This document shows, piece after piece, positions 29,047 to 37,900 of a stretch of 64,000 bases of DNA. Source of the DNA: Acidimicrobiaceae bacterium (lineage in GTDB: Bacteria; Actinomycetota; Acidimicrobiia; Acidimicrobiales; JACDCH01); assembly GCA_041166745.1 (NCBI GenBank), contig JBEEGH010000006.1, forward strand, positions 34,033 to 98,032, in the 5' to 3' direction. Under the pieces are notes generated by a model. It saw only the letters and a program-made list of their open reading frames with translations. It was not told the origin of the DNA and did no database searches. Both the position numbers and the translations under genes were made by a program. How positions within the stretch are numbered: position 1 is the first letter of the stretch; every line of letters begins with the position of its first letter.

Positions 29047-30522
29047 GTGGTGGAGCCGGCCTCTGAGCGACACGAGGTCGAGGAGACCGAACCGGACGTA
29101 CCGGTGGTCGCCTTTCCTCCGCTGGTCGAGGAACCCGTCGTCGTCGTCGAGCAAGCCGCGCTGCACGTGCGGCTCTTCGGGACCCACGCCTTCTTTCGGC
29201 TATGGCTGGCGCAGGTGGTGTCCGCCCTCGGCGACTGGCTCGGGTTCCTGGCCATCACCATCCTCGCGGCGTCGCTCGGCAGCGGCACGGGAGGGGCAGC
29301 CGTCGGCCTCGTGATGTCGGCGCGCATCATCCCGGGCTTCTTCCTCGCTCCGGTCGCGGGGGTGATGCTCGATCGCTGGGACCGCAAGAAGGTGATGGTG
29401 GTGTGCGACCTCGGGCGGGCGGCCGTCATCGCCACGCTGCCGTTCGTCCACAGCGTGACCGGACTCGTCCTCGCGTCGCTGGTGCTCGAAGTCTTCACGT
29501 TGTTGTGGTCGCCGGCCAAAGAGGCGTCCGTGCCGAACATCGTGCCGAGCGACCGCCTCACGTCGGCCAACTCGCTGTCGCTGGCGGCGGCCTACGGCAC
29601 CTTCCCCATCGCCGCCATCTTCTTCGCGTTGCTCGCCCAGCTGGCCAAATGGCTCGGGGGCATCGACGCCCTCGACTTCTTCCAGACCGACCAGACGGCG
29701 CTGGCGTTCTACGTCGACATGGCCACGTTCCTCACATCGGCCTTCCTGATCTCGACGCTCGCGTTGCCCGACGCCGCCCGGCGCGCCAAGAAGAAGGTGA
29801 ACGGCGACACCGGCAAGCGGATCAACCTCACCCAGACGTTCCAAGAGCTCAAGGAGGGCTGGCAGTTCATCTTCCTGAACCCCGTCGTGCGATCGGTCAA
29901 CCTCGGCCTCGCCACCGGCCTCATCGGCGGCGGCATGCTCGTGCCACTCGGCTCGATCTTCGCGACCGACATCCTCGGTGCGGGCGCCGCCGGCTACGGC
30001 ATCTTCATCACCGCGCTCGGCGTCGGCGTGGCCGCGGGCGTGCTGCTCCTGTCGGTGACGCAGAAGAAGCTGCCGAAAGTGAGGGTGTTCGAGCTCGCGA
30101 TCTTCGCCGCCGGCGGCACGCTCATCTTCTCGGCGTCGACGTCGACGCTGGCGTTGGCGGTCATCGGCGTGTTCGGCCTCGGCATCTGTGGTGGTGCGGT
30201 CTACGTCGTGGGCTTCACGCTCCTGCACGAGAACGTCGACGACGAGTTGCGCGGCCGTATCTTCAGCGCGCTCTACACGATCGTGCGGCTGTGCTTGTTG
30301 ATCGCATTCGCACTCGGACCGTTCCTCTCGGAGCTGCTCGATCGCGTCTCGAGCCGGCTGTTCACCAACCGCACGATCACGATTCTCGGCCGCGACCTGT
30401 TCGTGCCCGGCGAGCGTCTCACCCTGTGGTTCGCCGGAATCATCATCCTCGCCGCGGGCACGATCGTGGTGTGGTCGCTGCGCGCGGGCGCCCGTGACAC
30501 GCCCGCGGAGCAGCCGGTCTGA
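29047..30522 (+). CDS. MFS transporter
   Basis: About 12 TM segments. DRWDRKKVMV loop motif typical of MFS. Confidence 0.85.
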   Translation: MVEPASERHEVEETEPDVPVVAFPPLVEEPVVVVEQAALHVRLFGTHAFFRLWLAQVVSALGDWLGFLAITILAASLGSGTGGAAVGLVMSARIIPGFFLAPVAGVMLDRWDRKKVMVVCDLGRAAVIATLPFVHSVTGLVLASLVLEVFTLLWSPAKEASVPNIVPSDRLTSANSLSLAAAYGTFPIAAIFFALLAQLAKWLGGIDALDFFQTDQTALAFYVDMATFLTSAFLISTLALPDAARRAKKKVNGDTGKRINLTQTFQELKEGWQFIFLNPVVRSVNLGLATGLIGGGMLVPLGSIFATDILGAGAAGYGIFITALGVGVAAGVLLLSVTQKKLPKVRVFELAIFAAGGTLIFSASTSTLALAVIGVFGLGICGGAVYVVGFTLLHENVDDELRGRIFSALYTIVRLCLLIAFALGPFLSELLDRVSSRLFTNRTITILGRDLFVPGERLTLWFAGIIILAAGTIVVWSLRAGARDTPAEQPV

Positions 30523-31112
30523 TGCTCATCGCGTTCGAAGGCGGCGAAGGGTCGGGGAAGTCGACCCAGGCGAGCATCCTCGCCGACCGTCTCGGTGCCG
30601 TCCTCACGCACGAACCCGGAGCGACGCGCCTCGGCGCCCGCCTACGGGAACTCGTGCTCGACCCCAACGCCAGCATCGACCCGCGCGCCGAGGCGCTGCT
30701 CCTCGCCGCGGACCGGGCGCAGCATCTCGCCGAGGTGATCGGTCCCGCGCTGGCCAAAGGCCGCGATGTCGTGACTGACCGCTACCTCTATTCGTCCCTC
30801 GCGTACCAAGCCTTCGGCCGAGGGCTCGAACTGCAGAGCGTGCGTTCGCTGTCCGCCTTTGCCGGCGCGCCGGAAGCCGACCTCGTCGTGCTCATCACCG
30901 TGTCGCCCGAGACCAGAGGGCAGCGCCTCAAGGCGACGCCCGACCGTATCGAAGCGTCAGGCGACGACTTCCACGAGCGCGTCGAGCTCGGGTTCAAAGC
31001 GATGGCCGACGCCGATCCGCGCCGATGGGCGGTGATCGACGGCGACGGAACGGTCGACGACGTTGCGGCCAGCGTGTGGCAGGCGGTCACCACTGCGAAA
31101 TCCCGTGCATAG
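30522..31112 (+). CDS. tmk: dTMP (thymidylate) kinase
   Basis: IAFEGGEGSGKSTQ P-loop and DRYLYSSLAYQ. Its ATG overlaps the MFS stop (TGATG). Confidence 0.9.
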   Translation: MLIAFEGGEGSGKSTQASILADRLGAVLTHEPGATRLGARLRELVLDPNASIDPRAEALLLAADRAQHLAEVIGPALAKGRDVVTDRYLYSSLAYQAFGRGLELQSVRSLSAFAGAPEADLVVLITVSPETRGQRLKATPDRIEASGDDFHERVELGFKAMADADPRRWAVIDGDGTVDDVAASVWQAVTTAKSRA

Positions 31113-31142
31113 CCACACATACATGTGTGGCTATGCACGGGA
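31101..31142. terminator. 42-nt near-perfect palindrome (20-bp arms, 2-nt centre), bidirectional terminator between convergent genes
   Basis: TCCCGTGCATAGCCACACAT-AC-ATGTGTGGCTATGCACGGGA. It includes the tmk stop codon and is unusually AT-rich for this sequence. Confidence 0.7.
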
Positions 31143-31154
31143 TTTGCTCAGGGA

Positions 31155-33344
31155 TCAGTGCGGCCAGAGGGCCGTGCCGTCGTGCGGCAAAATCAGGTCC
31201 GTGTAATTCGAGACCGAGGTGAAGTCGTCGAGGAGGGTGCTTCCCGCCCACTCCTGCAACTGTCGCGGCGTCACGGTGATCGGTCCGGAGACGACACCGT
31301 TGGCGGCGTTGCGCAGCGAATCGACGTAGGGCGTTCCGAGCTGTTGCTCCGCGAAGGCGATCGTGTCCGCTTGCTCCTTGGTGAGCGTCGAGCCTGACTG
31401 CTGCGCGCGCACCGCCGCGATCAGGTGTCCTTCGGCCACGACCAACCGCTCGTGGTCGAACGCGGAGAACTCGGCGAGGTTCGTCGTGTATCCGGCGTGC
31501 TCTGCGTTGTTCGCGTCGCGGGACAGCACATTGTCCTTGAGGGTGTCGAAGCCCTTGTCGATCGCCTTGTCGACGAGGCCGCTGCCGGGGAACTTGGCCA
31601 ATCCGACGACGCCCATAGCAATTGTCTGGAACGTGTCGAGGTTCTCGTTGTAGTTGCGGGCGTCGGCGTCGAGCTGACGGGCGGTGACGAACACCTCTCC
31701 GTTGTCGCCGGACAGCACGATGCCGTCGAGGTTGGCAAGGCGTTGCGCCCACGGCGGATGCAGGTCGGTGTCGCTTTCGAGGCCAAGAACCACGGTCTGG
31801 ACGTCGAGGGCATCGCGCATTGTGAAGATGGCGTCCCTCGAACCGTCGTCGTGCATCGCGAGCGAAGTGAACTGCGCGGCCTGCATCGACCCGATCGAGA
31901 GGTGGTCGTCCCGGTTCGCCGCGTTCAGGGTCAGGGCCGGCGAACGAGCGAAGTCGGGCAGGTACTGAAGCACCATCTGCCCGTACGCCGGCGCGAGCGC
32001 GTGTGACGCGTCACCCGGCCCGGCATCGAGCGAGGCGTTGATCACGTTCGCCGTCGCGTCGCGGGCGAGCGACGGATCGCGCTCGGCCGCGTACACGGTT
32101 CCCGACACGATGAGGTCGCGAATCGACGGACCGATGATGTTCCAGTCGGGCGGGTGGCGTCCGTCGCGCCCGAACTTGTTGCCCGTGAGCCAACCCGCGT
32201 TCTCGTCGTCGCGCAGCAGTGCATTGGCCGCGTCGGGCGTTCGGGCGGCCGCTGCGACGAGGAGCGTGCCCCGGTCCTCCCAGTTCGTAGCGACTTGGTC
32301 GAAGTTCGGGTAGCCCGGGCTGCCGGCCCCCCGATCGACGACGACGGTGCCGTGGAGCACATCGAGGCCGAGCTGTCCGGCGGCCTGCGAGAACTCCGTG
32401 GAGTAGTGGCCGTAGGAGAACAGCAACGGAAACGAGTCGTCGAGCGTGCCGTCGCGGACGGCTCCGTCGAACAGGTCGTCGCGCCACGCGGTCGACAGAT
32501 TCGGTGACGCCAGCGCCAGTGCCGAGTCCACGTTGGCGAGGACATCGTCGATGCGAAACGTCGGCTCGCCCGACGTGCGCTGGTAATCGCTCCACGAGGA
32601 AAGCGAGATCGCTCGTGGCAGTAGCGCGGTCGTATCCGGGCCGAGCGCTTGATAGAAGGCCGTGGTGAACGCGGGATCGAACCGGCGTCGTCCGAGCAGG
32701 TCGGTCAGCGTCTCGAGTTGTCGCACCAGCGCGGCCGGGACGATGTCGTCATCGCCCGCCCCGTGGAGCACCACCCACGCCTGGTGCACCATCTCGAGGT
32801 CCGTCAGCGGGGGGTCGCGGTAGATGTTGCTGTCCTGTATCGAGAAGAGCAGCTCCTTGAGCCGGTCCTTCATCGCGTCGACGTCATCGCCGTCCATCGA
32901 GTCATTGATCTGACCGAGGACTGATCCGACCCGCCCGGCGAGCTCGCCTGGCGTTCCCGTGAGCGAATCGAGCGCGAGCTCGTAGACGTCGGCGTCGGCG
33001 TCACCCGGATGAGCAAGCCGCGACGCGACCAGCGCGTCGAACAAGTCGAGATCGTTCGTGTACAGGTACGTGCGATCTCTGGGCATGTCCGCCACGAAGT
33101 GGTCGAGCTGTCGAAGCGCGAACCCAAAGGCGGCCGGCCGCCGGTCGACGTTCCCCACGATCGTGAGCTCACCCTCGATCCACGCGCCCAGGTTGCTCAC
33201 CGCCAAGGCGAGGCTGCTCGGAGCGTGATTGAGCGCGTTGACGATCGAGCCGTACGCCATCGCATCGGATCGAGCCGGTGGAAGGGTCGCCAGCGTGATC
33301 GAGCTGTACTCCGCGAGGCGGTCGGGGTCGCCCTTGATCGTCAC
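31155..33344 (-). CDS. 729-aa protein of unknown function, candidate type VII-like secretion substrate
   Basis: Long clean ORF with no signal peptide or TM. GTG start overlaps the stop of the preceding small WXG-like gene (GTGA). The N-terminus IKGDPDRLAEYSSITLATL resembles starts of ESX-associated helical proteins (weak). Confidence 0.7.
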   Translation of the reverse strand: MTIKGDPDRLAEYSSITLATLPPARSDAMAYGSIVNALNHAPSSLALAVSNLGAWIEGELTIVGNVDRRPAAFGFALRQLDHFVADMPRDRTYLYTNDLDLFDALVASRLAHPGDADADVYELALDSLTGTPGELAGRVGSVLGQINDSMDGDDVDAMKDRLKELLFSIQDSNIYRDPPLTDLEMVHQAWVVLHGAGDDDIVPAALVRQLETLTDLLGRRRFDPAFTTAFYQALGPDTTALLPRAISLSSWSDYQRTSGEPTFRIDDVLANVDSALALASPNLSTAWRDDLFDGAVRDGTLDDSFPLLFSYGHYSTEFSQAAGQLGLDVLHGTVVVDRGAGSPGYPNFDQVATNWEDRGTLLVAAAARTPDAANALLRDDENAGWLTGNKFGRDGRHPPDWNIIGPSIRDLIVSGTVYAAERDPSLARDATANVINASLDAGPGDASHALAPAYGQMVLQYLPDFARSPALTLNAANRDDHLSIGSMQAAQFTSLAMHDDGSRDAIFTMRDALDVQTVVLGLESDTDLHPPWAQRLANLDGIVLSGDNGEVFVTARQLDADARNYNENLDTFQTIAMGVVGLAKFPGSGLVDKAIDKGFDTLKDNVLSRDANNAEHAGYTTNLAEFSAFDHERLVVAEGHLIAAVRAQQSGSTLTKEQADTIAFAEQQLGTPYVDSLRNAANGVVSGPITVTPRQLQEWAGSTLLDDFTSVSNYTDLILPHDGTALWPH

Positions 33345-33628
33345 GGCGGACTCGTTTGGCTCAGCGCGTCGAAGTAGTGCGCGGTGGCGATGGTCGAGCG
33401 CAGTTCGTCAGCGTCGCCCTCGAGGGAACGAGCGAACGCGGACAGCGTGTCCATCGTGCTGGCGAAGTCGCGGTCGAACTGATCGCGGGTCTCGCCCTGA
33501 AAGTCCGTGTGGGCGATCGTCAGCGCGTCATCGTGGGCGTTCACGACTGCCCGCAGCCGCGTCGCGAGGTCTTCCATGGCGGCTACCGCCTGTTGTGCGA
33601 TGGCGAATGGAAAGACGAACGACCCCAC
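33341..33628 (-). CDS. 95-aa helical protein, WXG100-like (FxG variant)
   Basis: Size and helix-turn-helix pattern fit, with central FQGETRDQF in place of WxG. GTG 33628 is preceded by GAGG. Start uncertain. Confidence 0.5.
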   Translation of the reverse strand: MGSFVFPFAIAQQAVAAMEDLATRLRAVVNAHDDALTIAHTDFQGETRDQFDRDFASTMDTLSAFARSLEGDADELRSTIATAHYFDALSQTSPP

Positions 33629-33662
33629 GGTCGACCTCGCGACGGCTGCGGCTCGGCAACGG

Positions 33663-34157
33663 TCAGGAGTACCTGATGGTCTGGTCGGTCTGCTCGAGCG
33701 CCGAGGCAAACGTGGTGGCGCCGTTGGCGAGTGTGCTGTAACGGTCGTTGACGTCGGTCATCACTTTGTTGAACTGACCGCGAATGGCGTCGTCGAACGC
33801 GGTGACCTGCTTGGTGACGTCGGCCCGCATGCCATCGGCTGCGCTCAGCGCTTCGTCGAGGATCTGTCCGACGGCCGCGCTGAGGTCGGCTTCGGCGGCA
33901 TCGGCCGCCGCTCTGCTGGTGCCGTCCCAGTCGGACGTTTGCAGCGAGTTCTTGGCCGTCGTGATCTGATCGCGCAGGCCCGTGGCCATCGTGGTGAAGT
34001 GGGTCTTCAACGTGTTGGTCACGCTGTCGACCTGCGCATGCAGCTCCGACGACACCTTGGCGGCGTCAGAGCCGGCCGTGGTGGCCGCCCCTCCCGCGTC
34101 GCCGAGCCGCTGGCTCGCCGCTTGGATGTCGGCCACGTTGCCGCCGATACGTCCCAT
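33663..34157 (-). CDS. 164-aa WXG100-like protein (extended)
   Basis: Ala/Thr/Asp-rich helical sequence with SDWDGTSRAAADAAEADL (W-x-G motif). ATG 34157 is preceded by GAGGTAAGG. Confidence 0.6.
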   Translation of the reverse strand: MGRIGGNVADIQAASQRLGDAGGAATTAGSDAAKVSSELHAQVDSVTNTLKTHFTTMATGLRDQITTAKNSLQTSDWDGTSRAAADAAEADLSAAVGQILDEALSAADGMRADVTKQVTAFDDAIRGQFNKVMTDVNDRYSTLANGATTFASALEQTDQTIRYS

Positions 34158-34192
34158 GTCCTTACCTCGTTTCGTCGGGAGAAGTCTTCGAC

Positions 34193-34221
34193 ATCTGACA
34201 ATAACTTTCATTGTGTGTCAA
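34193..34221 (-). promoter_or_regulatory. Candidate sigma70-type promoter for the WXG-like operon
   Basis: Minus strand TTGACA (34221-34216), a 17-nt spacer, then TCAGAT (34198-34193). It lies about 36 nt upstream of ATG 34157 in a low-GC intergenic stretch. Confidence 0.4.
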
Positions 34222-34251
34222 GAACTTTGATATGAGATCGTGGATGTCCGG

Positions 34252-34545
34252 TCAGGGCGCGCTGAAGATCACATGCGTACCGATGCGGCGCCAGACGACA
34301 TGCGGCTCGTCCTGCACGACGGCGGTGCCGTAGTGAAACGTTGCTCGTCCGTCGCCCGCCCAGCTCATCTCGAAGACGCCCGAGGCGCCTTGGACTCCCT
34401 TCACTCGGAGACCGTTGCGGAATGGTCGTCCGGCCCTCATGTCCTCGACGAACTGCGCGACCGCAGCGCGAAACGCCGCCTGCTGCGGGGGCGTCAATCG
34501 GTCGAAATCCGCGCCGAATCGCGCGAGCCACGCAAAGGTCGGCAC
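34252..34545 (-). CDS. RelE/ParE-superfamily-like toxin (type II TA)
   Basis: LRVKGVQGASGVFEMSWAGDGRATFHYG...VVWRRIGTHVIF resembles the K-x-L-x-G...w-E-x-R...IGtH-x-i-f pattern of RelE/ParE-like toxins. It lies 6 nt downstream of an AbrB-type gene. Confidence 0.5.
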   Translation of the reverse strand: MPTFAWLARFGADFDRLTPPQQAAFRAAVAQFVEDMRAGRPFRNGLRVKGVQGASGVFEMSWAGDGRATFHYGTAVVQDEPHVVWRRIGTHVIFSAP

Positions 34546-34551
34546 AAAGCG

Positions 34552-34857
34552 TCAGCGCTTCTGTCGGCGCGGGGGACGCTTGGAGCGGGCCTTCAGAGCT
34601 TCCTGGAACTGTTCGCCTGAAGCGAAGACCTCCACGCGTCCCGCGGCGAGGTCGGCATCGGCTTGGCGCTCACCGGCCTGCCACTCGGGTGTCCAGAACC
34701 ACGCTTGGGTGGCGTCGATGACCTTCTGCGGCCGCAACAGGATCCCGTTCTCCGTGATCTCTGCCTCGAGCAGGTCACCTTCCTCGAGCCGCGCGGCGAC
34801 CCGGATCTCCTCCGGCAGGGTGAGCTGTCCCTTGGCGCGAAGGGTCATGCGTGCCAT
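34552..34857 (-). CDS. AbrB/MazE/SpoVT-family antitoxin
   Basis: MTLRAKGQLTLPEEIRVAARLEEGDLLEAEITENGILLRP is a SpoVT-AbrB swapped-hairpin motif. Start is 34857 or 34848. Confidence 0.7.
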   Translation of the reverse strand: MARMTLRAKGQLTLPEEIRVAARLEEGDLLEAEITENGILLRPQKVIDATQAWFWTPEWQAGERQADADLAAGRVEVFASGEQFQEALKARSKRPPRRQKR

Positions 34858-34907
34858 CAATCCATCGTACATTCCGAGAATCGGATTGTCGTACTCGCCC
34901 GAGCGGA

Positions 34908-37900
34908 TCACGATGTGCCGCGCTCGGCTGCCGCGAGTTGCAGCAGCGCCGCCTGGCCGTCTTCGACGACGAAGCCCCGTCCGGGTACGAGAGGAACGGC
35001 CAGCCGTCGCGGGAGCCGCACGCCCAGGAGGTCGCCGTCGGCGGCAAGGTCGGGTTGGAGCAGAACGCCGGTGCGCGACTGACGCACGATGCGCAGCCAG
35101 TGGCCGTACGCGGCGCGCACGTCGTCGCCCCGCCCCGCGGCTACGACGTGGAGGTCAGGCCGGCCAGATCGCAACGCGGCCATGAGCACACCGTCGCCGT
35201 CGTCGACGCTGGGCGCGTCGTCGACGAACACGAACCACCGCCGGCGGTCTGTCGTAGCGGCGCGCACGATGTGGTGCAGCTCCGCGAGTGAGCCGATCGC
35301 GTCGAACGCATCGACAGCGTGCAGGAGCGAGCGCGGCTCGCACACGCCGACGAGCACCGTCTCAGGGTCGGCAGCGCGTATCACTCGTGCCATGAGCGCG
35401 AGCGCGCTTGTCTTTCCGCTGCGCGGCGGACCGGTGATGAGTACGTGCTCACCGTCGTGCACGCACAAGCCGGTGACGTCGAGGTCGTCGTCGCCGATAC
35501 CGAGTGGAATGTGACAGGGAGACTCGAGGCGTGCGGCCGGAAGCACGCTCGCGGACACCTCTGTGGGAAGCGTGCCGACCGATGGCGCGACGCGTGGCGC
35601 CGCCAGCGCGCTGAGGTCGCTTGGCATCCCGACTTGCACGATGCGGTTGCCGTCGCTGTGGACGGCGCGGCCCGGCACGAACCGCGGTAGCTGCGCCGCT
35701 CGCAACCCCAGCGTCGAATAGTCCGACGCGTCGGCCAGCCGGAACAGCAGTTTCTGGCTCACGAGCGACGCGAGCCGCAACGGCAGCGCACCCATGCGAT
35801 CGGCGGTGACGATGAAGTTGATGCCCACGGCCGGCCCTTCGGAGAAGATCCGCCGGAAGGCGTCTGACACCTCCGTGCCGTCGAGTCCCTCGTGTTCCGC
35901 GAGAAACGCACCGACGCCGTCGATGCATGTGACGATGCGCGGGAGCGACTCGCCGGTGACCCGCCGGCGGTCGACTTCAGCGCGCAGGAACCGCACGAGT
36001 CGGCCCTGCGCCTCCCGCTCGTTGGCGGTGATGACGGCCCCGACGTGTGGCAATGCGCGCAGCGGCGCCAGTCCGTTTGGCCCGTAGTCGATTGCATACA
36101 CGTGGCACTCGGGCGCGTCCCGCGTTTGCACCAGTGCCTCCACGACGGACAGCACCGCGGTCGTCGTGCCGCTGCCGACCATCCCGAAGAGGGCGAGATG
36201 GCCATCCGCCGGGGCCCATCCCACCGCGGCCTGTCGCTGCTGATCGGGCTCGTCGGCCATGGCGAACGCCACGACTCCAGGCGACCCCGCGGGCACGTCC
36301 GTGAGCTCGATCCGCTCGCTGAGCATCGGTAGCCAAGGGCGCCGCGGCAGCGGTCGGCCGTCGAACGCACCACGGATCGCGTCGACCAGCGTCGTGAGCT
36401 CACTCGGCCCCTCGTCGTCGAGCTGCTCACCGTCGGCTTGCGGTCCGCGGCGGAAGGCCTTCACGCGCAGCGGCCCGCTGCGCCCGGCCCGCTGCGGGGA
36501 GGTGGCCAGCGCGGTCTGCGCGAGCACGACATCGGTGGGGCCACGACGCAAGTACGCCCGCCCCGGTGTCGTTCGGCTGATCGTCGCCGCGCTCGGGCGA
36601 TCGACGATGTCGGTGGACTCGGACGCGTCCTGCACGCGCAGCGCAATGCGCAGGTTGGTGTTGGCCTTGATGTTGGCATTCACCGCGCCAGACGGACGTT
36701 GTGTGGCGAGCAACAGGTGCACGCCGAGGCTGCGCCCTCTCTGGGCGATGCCGACGAGTGCACCGAGGAAGTCAGGCAGCTCGGTGGCCATCGTGGCGAA
36801 CTCGTCGATCACGACCACGAGCCGAGGCAACGGGCCCCGAACCGAACCGGAACGAAGGTAGGTCGGCAGGTCTGGCACGCCCGCTTCGCGCAACGTTCGT
36901 TCGCGATGGCGCAGTTCGGCCTCGAGCGAGCGCAGCGCCCGCTCGGCCAACTGCTCGTCGAGGTCGGTGACCAGCCCGACCACGTGGGGCAGCCGGCTGC
37001 ACTCGTCGAACGCGCTGCCGCCCTTGTAGTCGACGAGCACGAACACGAGATGCTCAGGGTCGACGCGTGCGGCCATGCCCGCCACGAGCGAGCGCAACAG
37101 CTCGCTCTTGCCTGAGCCGGTCGTGCCACCGACGAGGCCGTGAGGCCCGTCGCGCACAAGGTCGACGTGCACGACACCTTCGTCACCTATGCCGATCGGT
37201 GTCGACGGCGACGGGTCGACCTCGCCATGCCGCCACGCCTCTCGTATCGCGGCGGGCGAGGGGTCATCGATGCCGAGCAACGGGAGCAGCCGGACGACGT
37301 CGGTCAAGCCGGCCCCGGCCAGCTCGAGCTCGGGGTCTTCGTACCGTGCAAGCGACCGTGCGCATTCGCGGGCGGTGGCGTCGTCGATCCCTGCGACGAA
37401 CAGCTCGCGAATGTGGAGACGGTCTTGCGGACGGCGCAGCTCGGCGTCGCCGAGGTCGTCGCGGATCACGACGATGCTGGTGCACATCGAAGGCAGCTGA
37501 TCCTCCGTGGCCGCGATGACGATGCCGGACTGGCGCTGCAACAGTTGCCGCACCGGAGCGCGACGCCCCTTGATCGACGCGACGTCGTCGACGACCACCA
37601 ACAGGGCCCGGTCATCGTCCTCACCGGCGAGTGCGTCGCCTTCGAGATGCGGCAACCACTTCACCCAATCCCAATCGGCTGCGCCGAACACCGCGATGCC
37701 GAGATCGGCGGGGCCGTGGTGCACCGCCGCCTGGCTGACGAGCGACCGGGCGAGCGCGAGCGCCATCGAGCGTTCACCCACGATGCCGACCACGCCGCCG
37801 GACGAGAGGTCGACGTCGACCGGAGCCCGCGGCAACCCGTCGTGTTCGTCGAGGAGCGCCCGGACTTCGGGCGGTGGAGCGTCGCGGCCTGCTGGTACCG

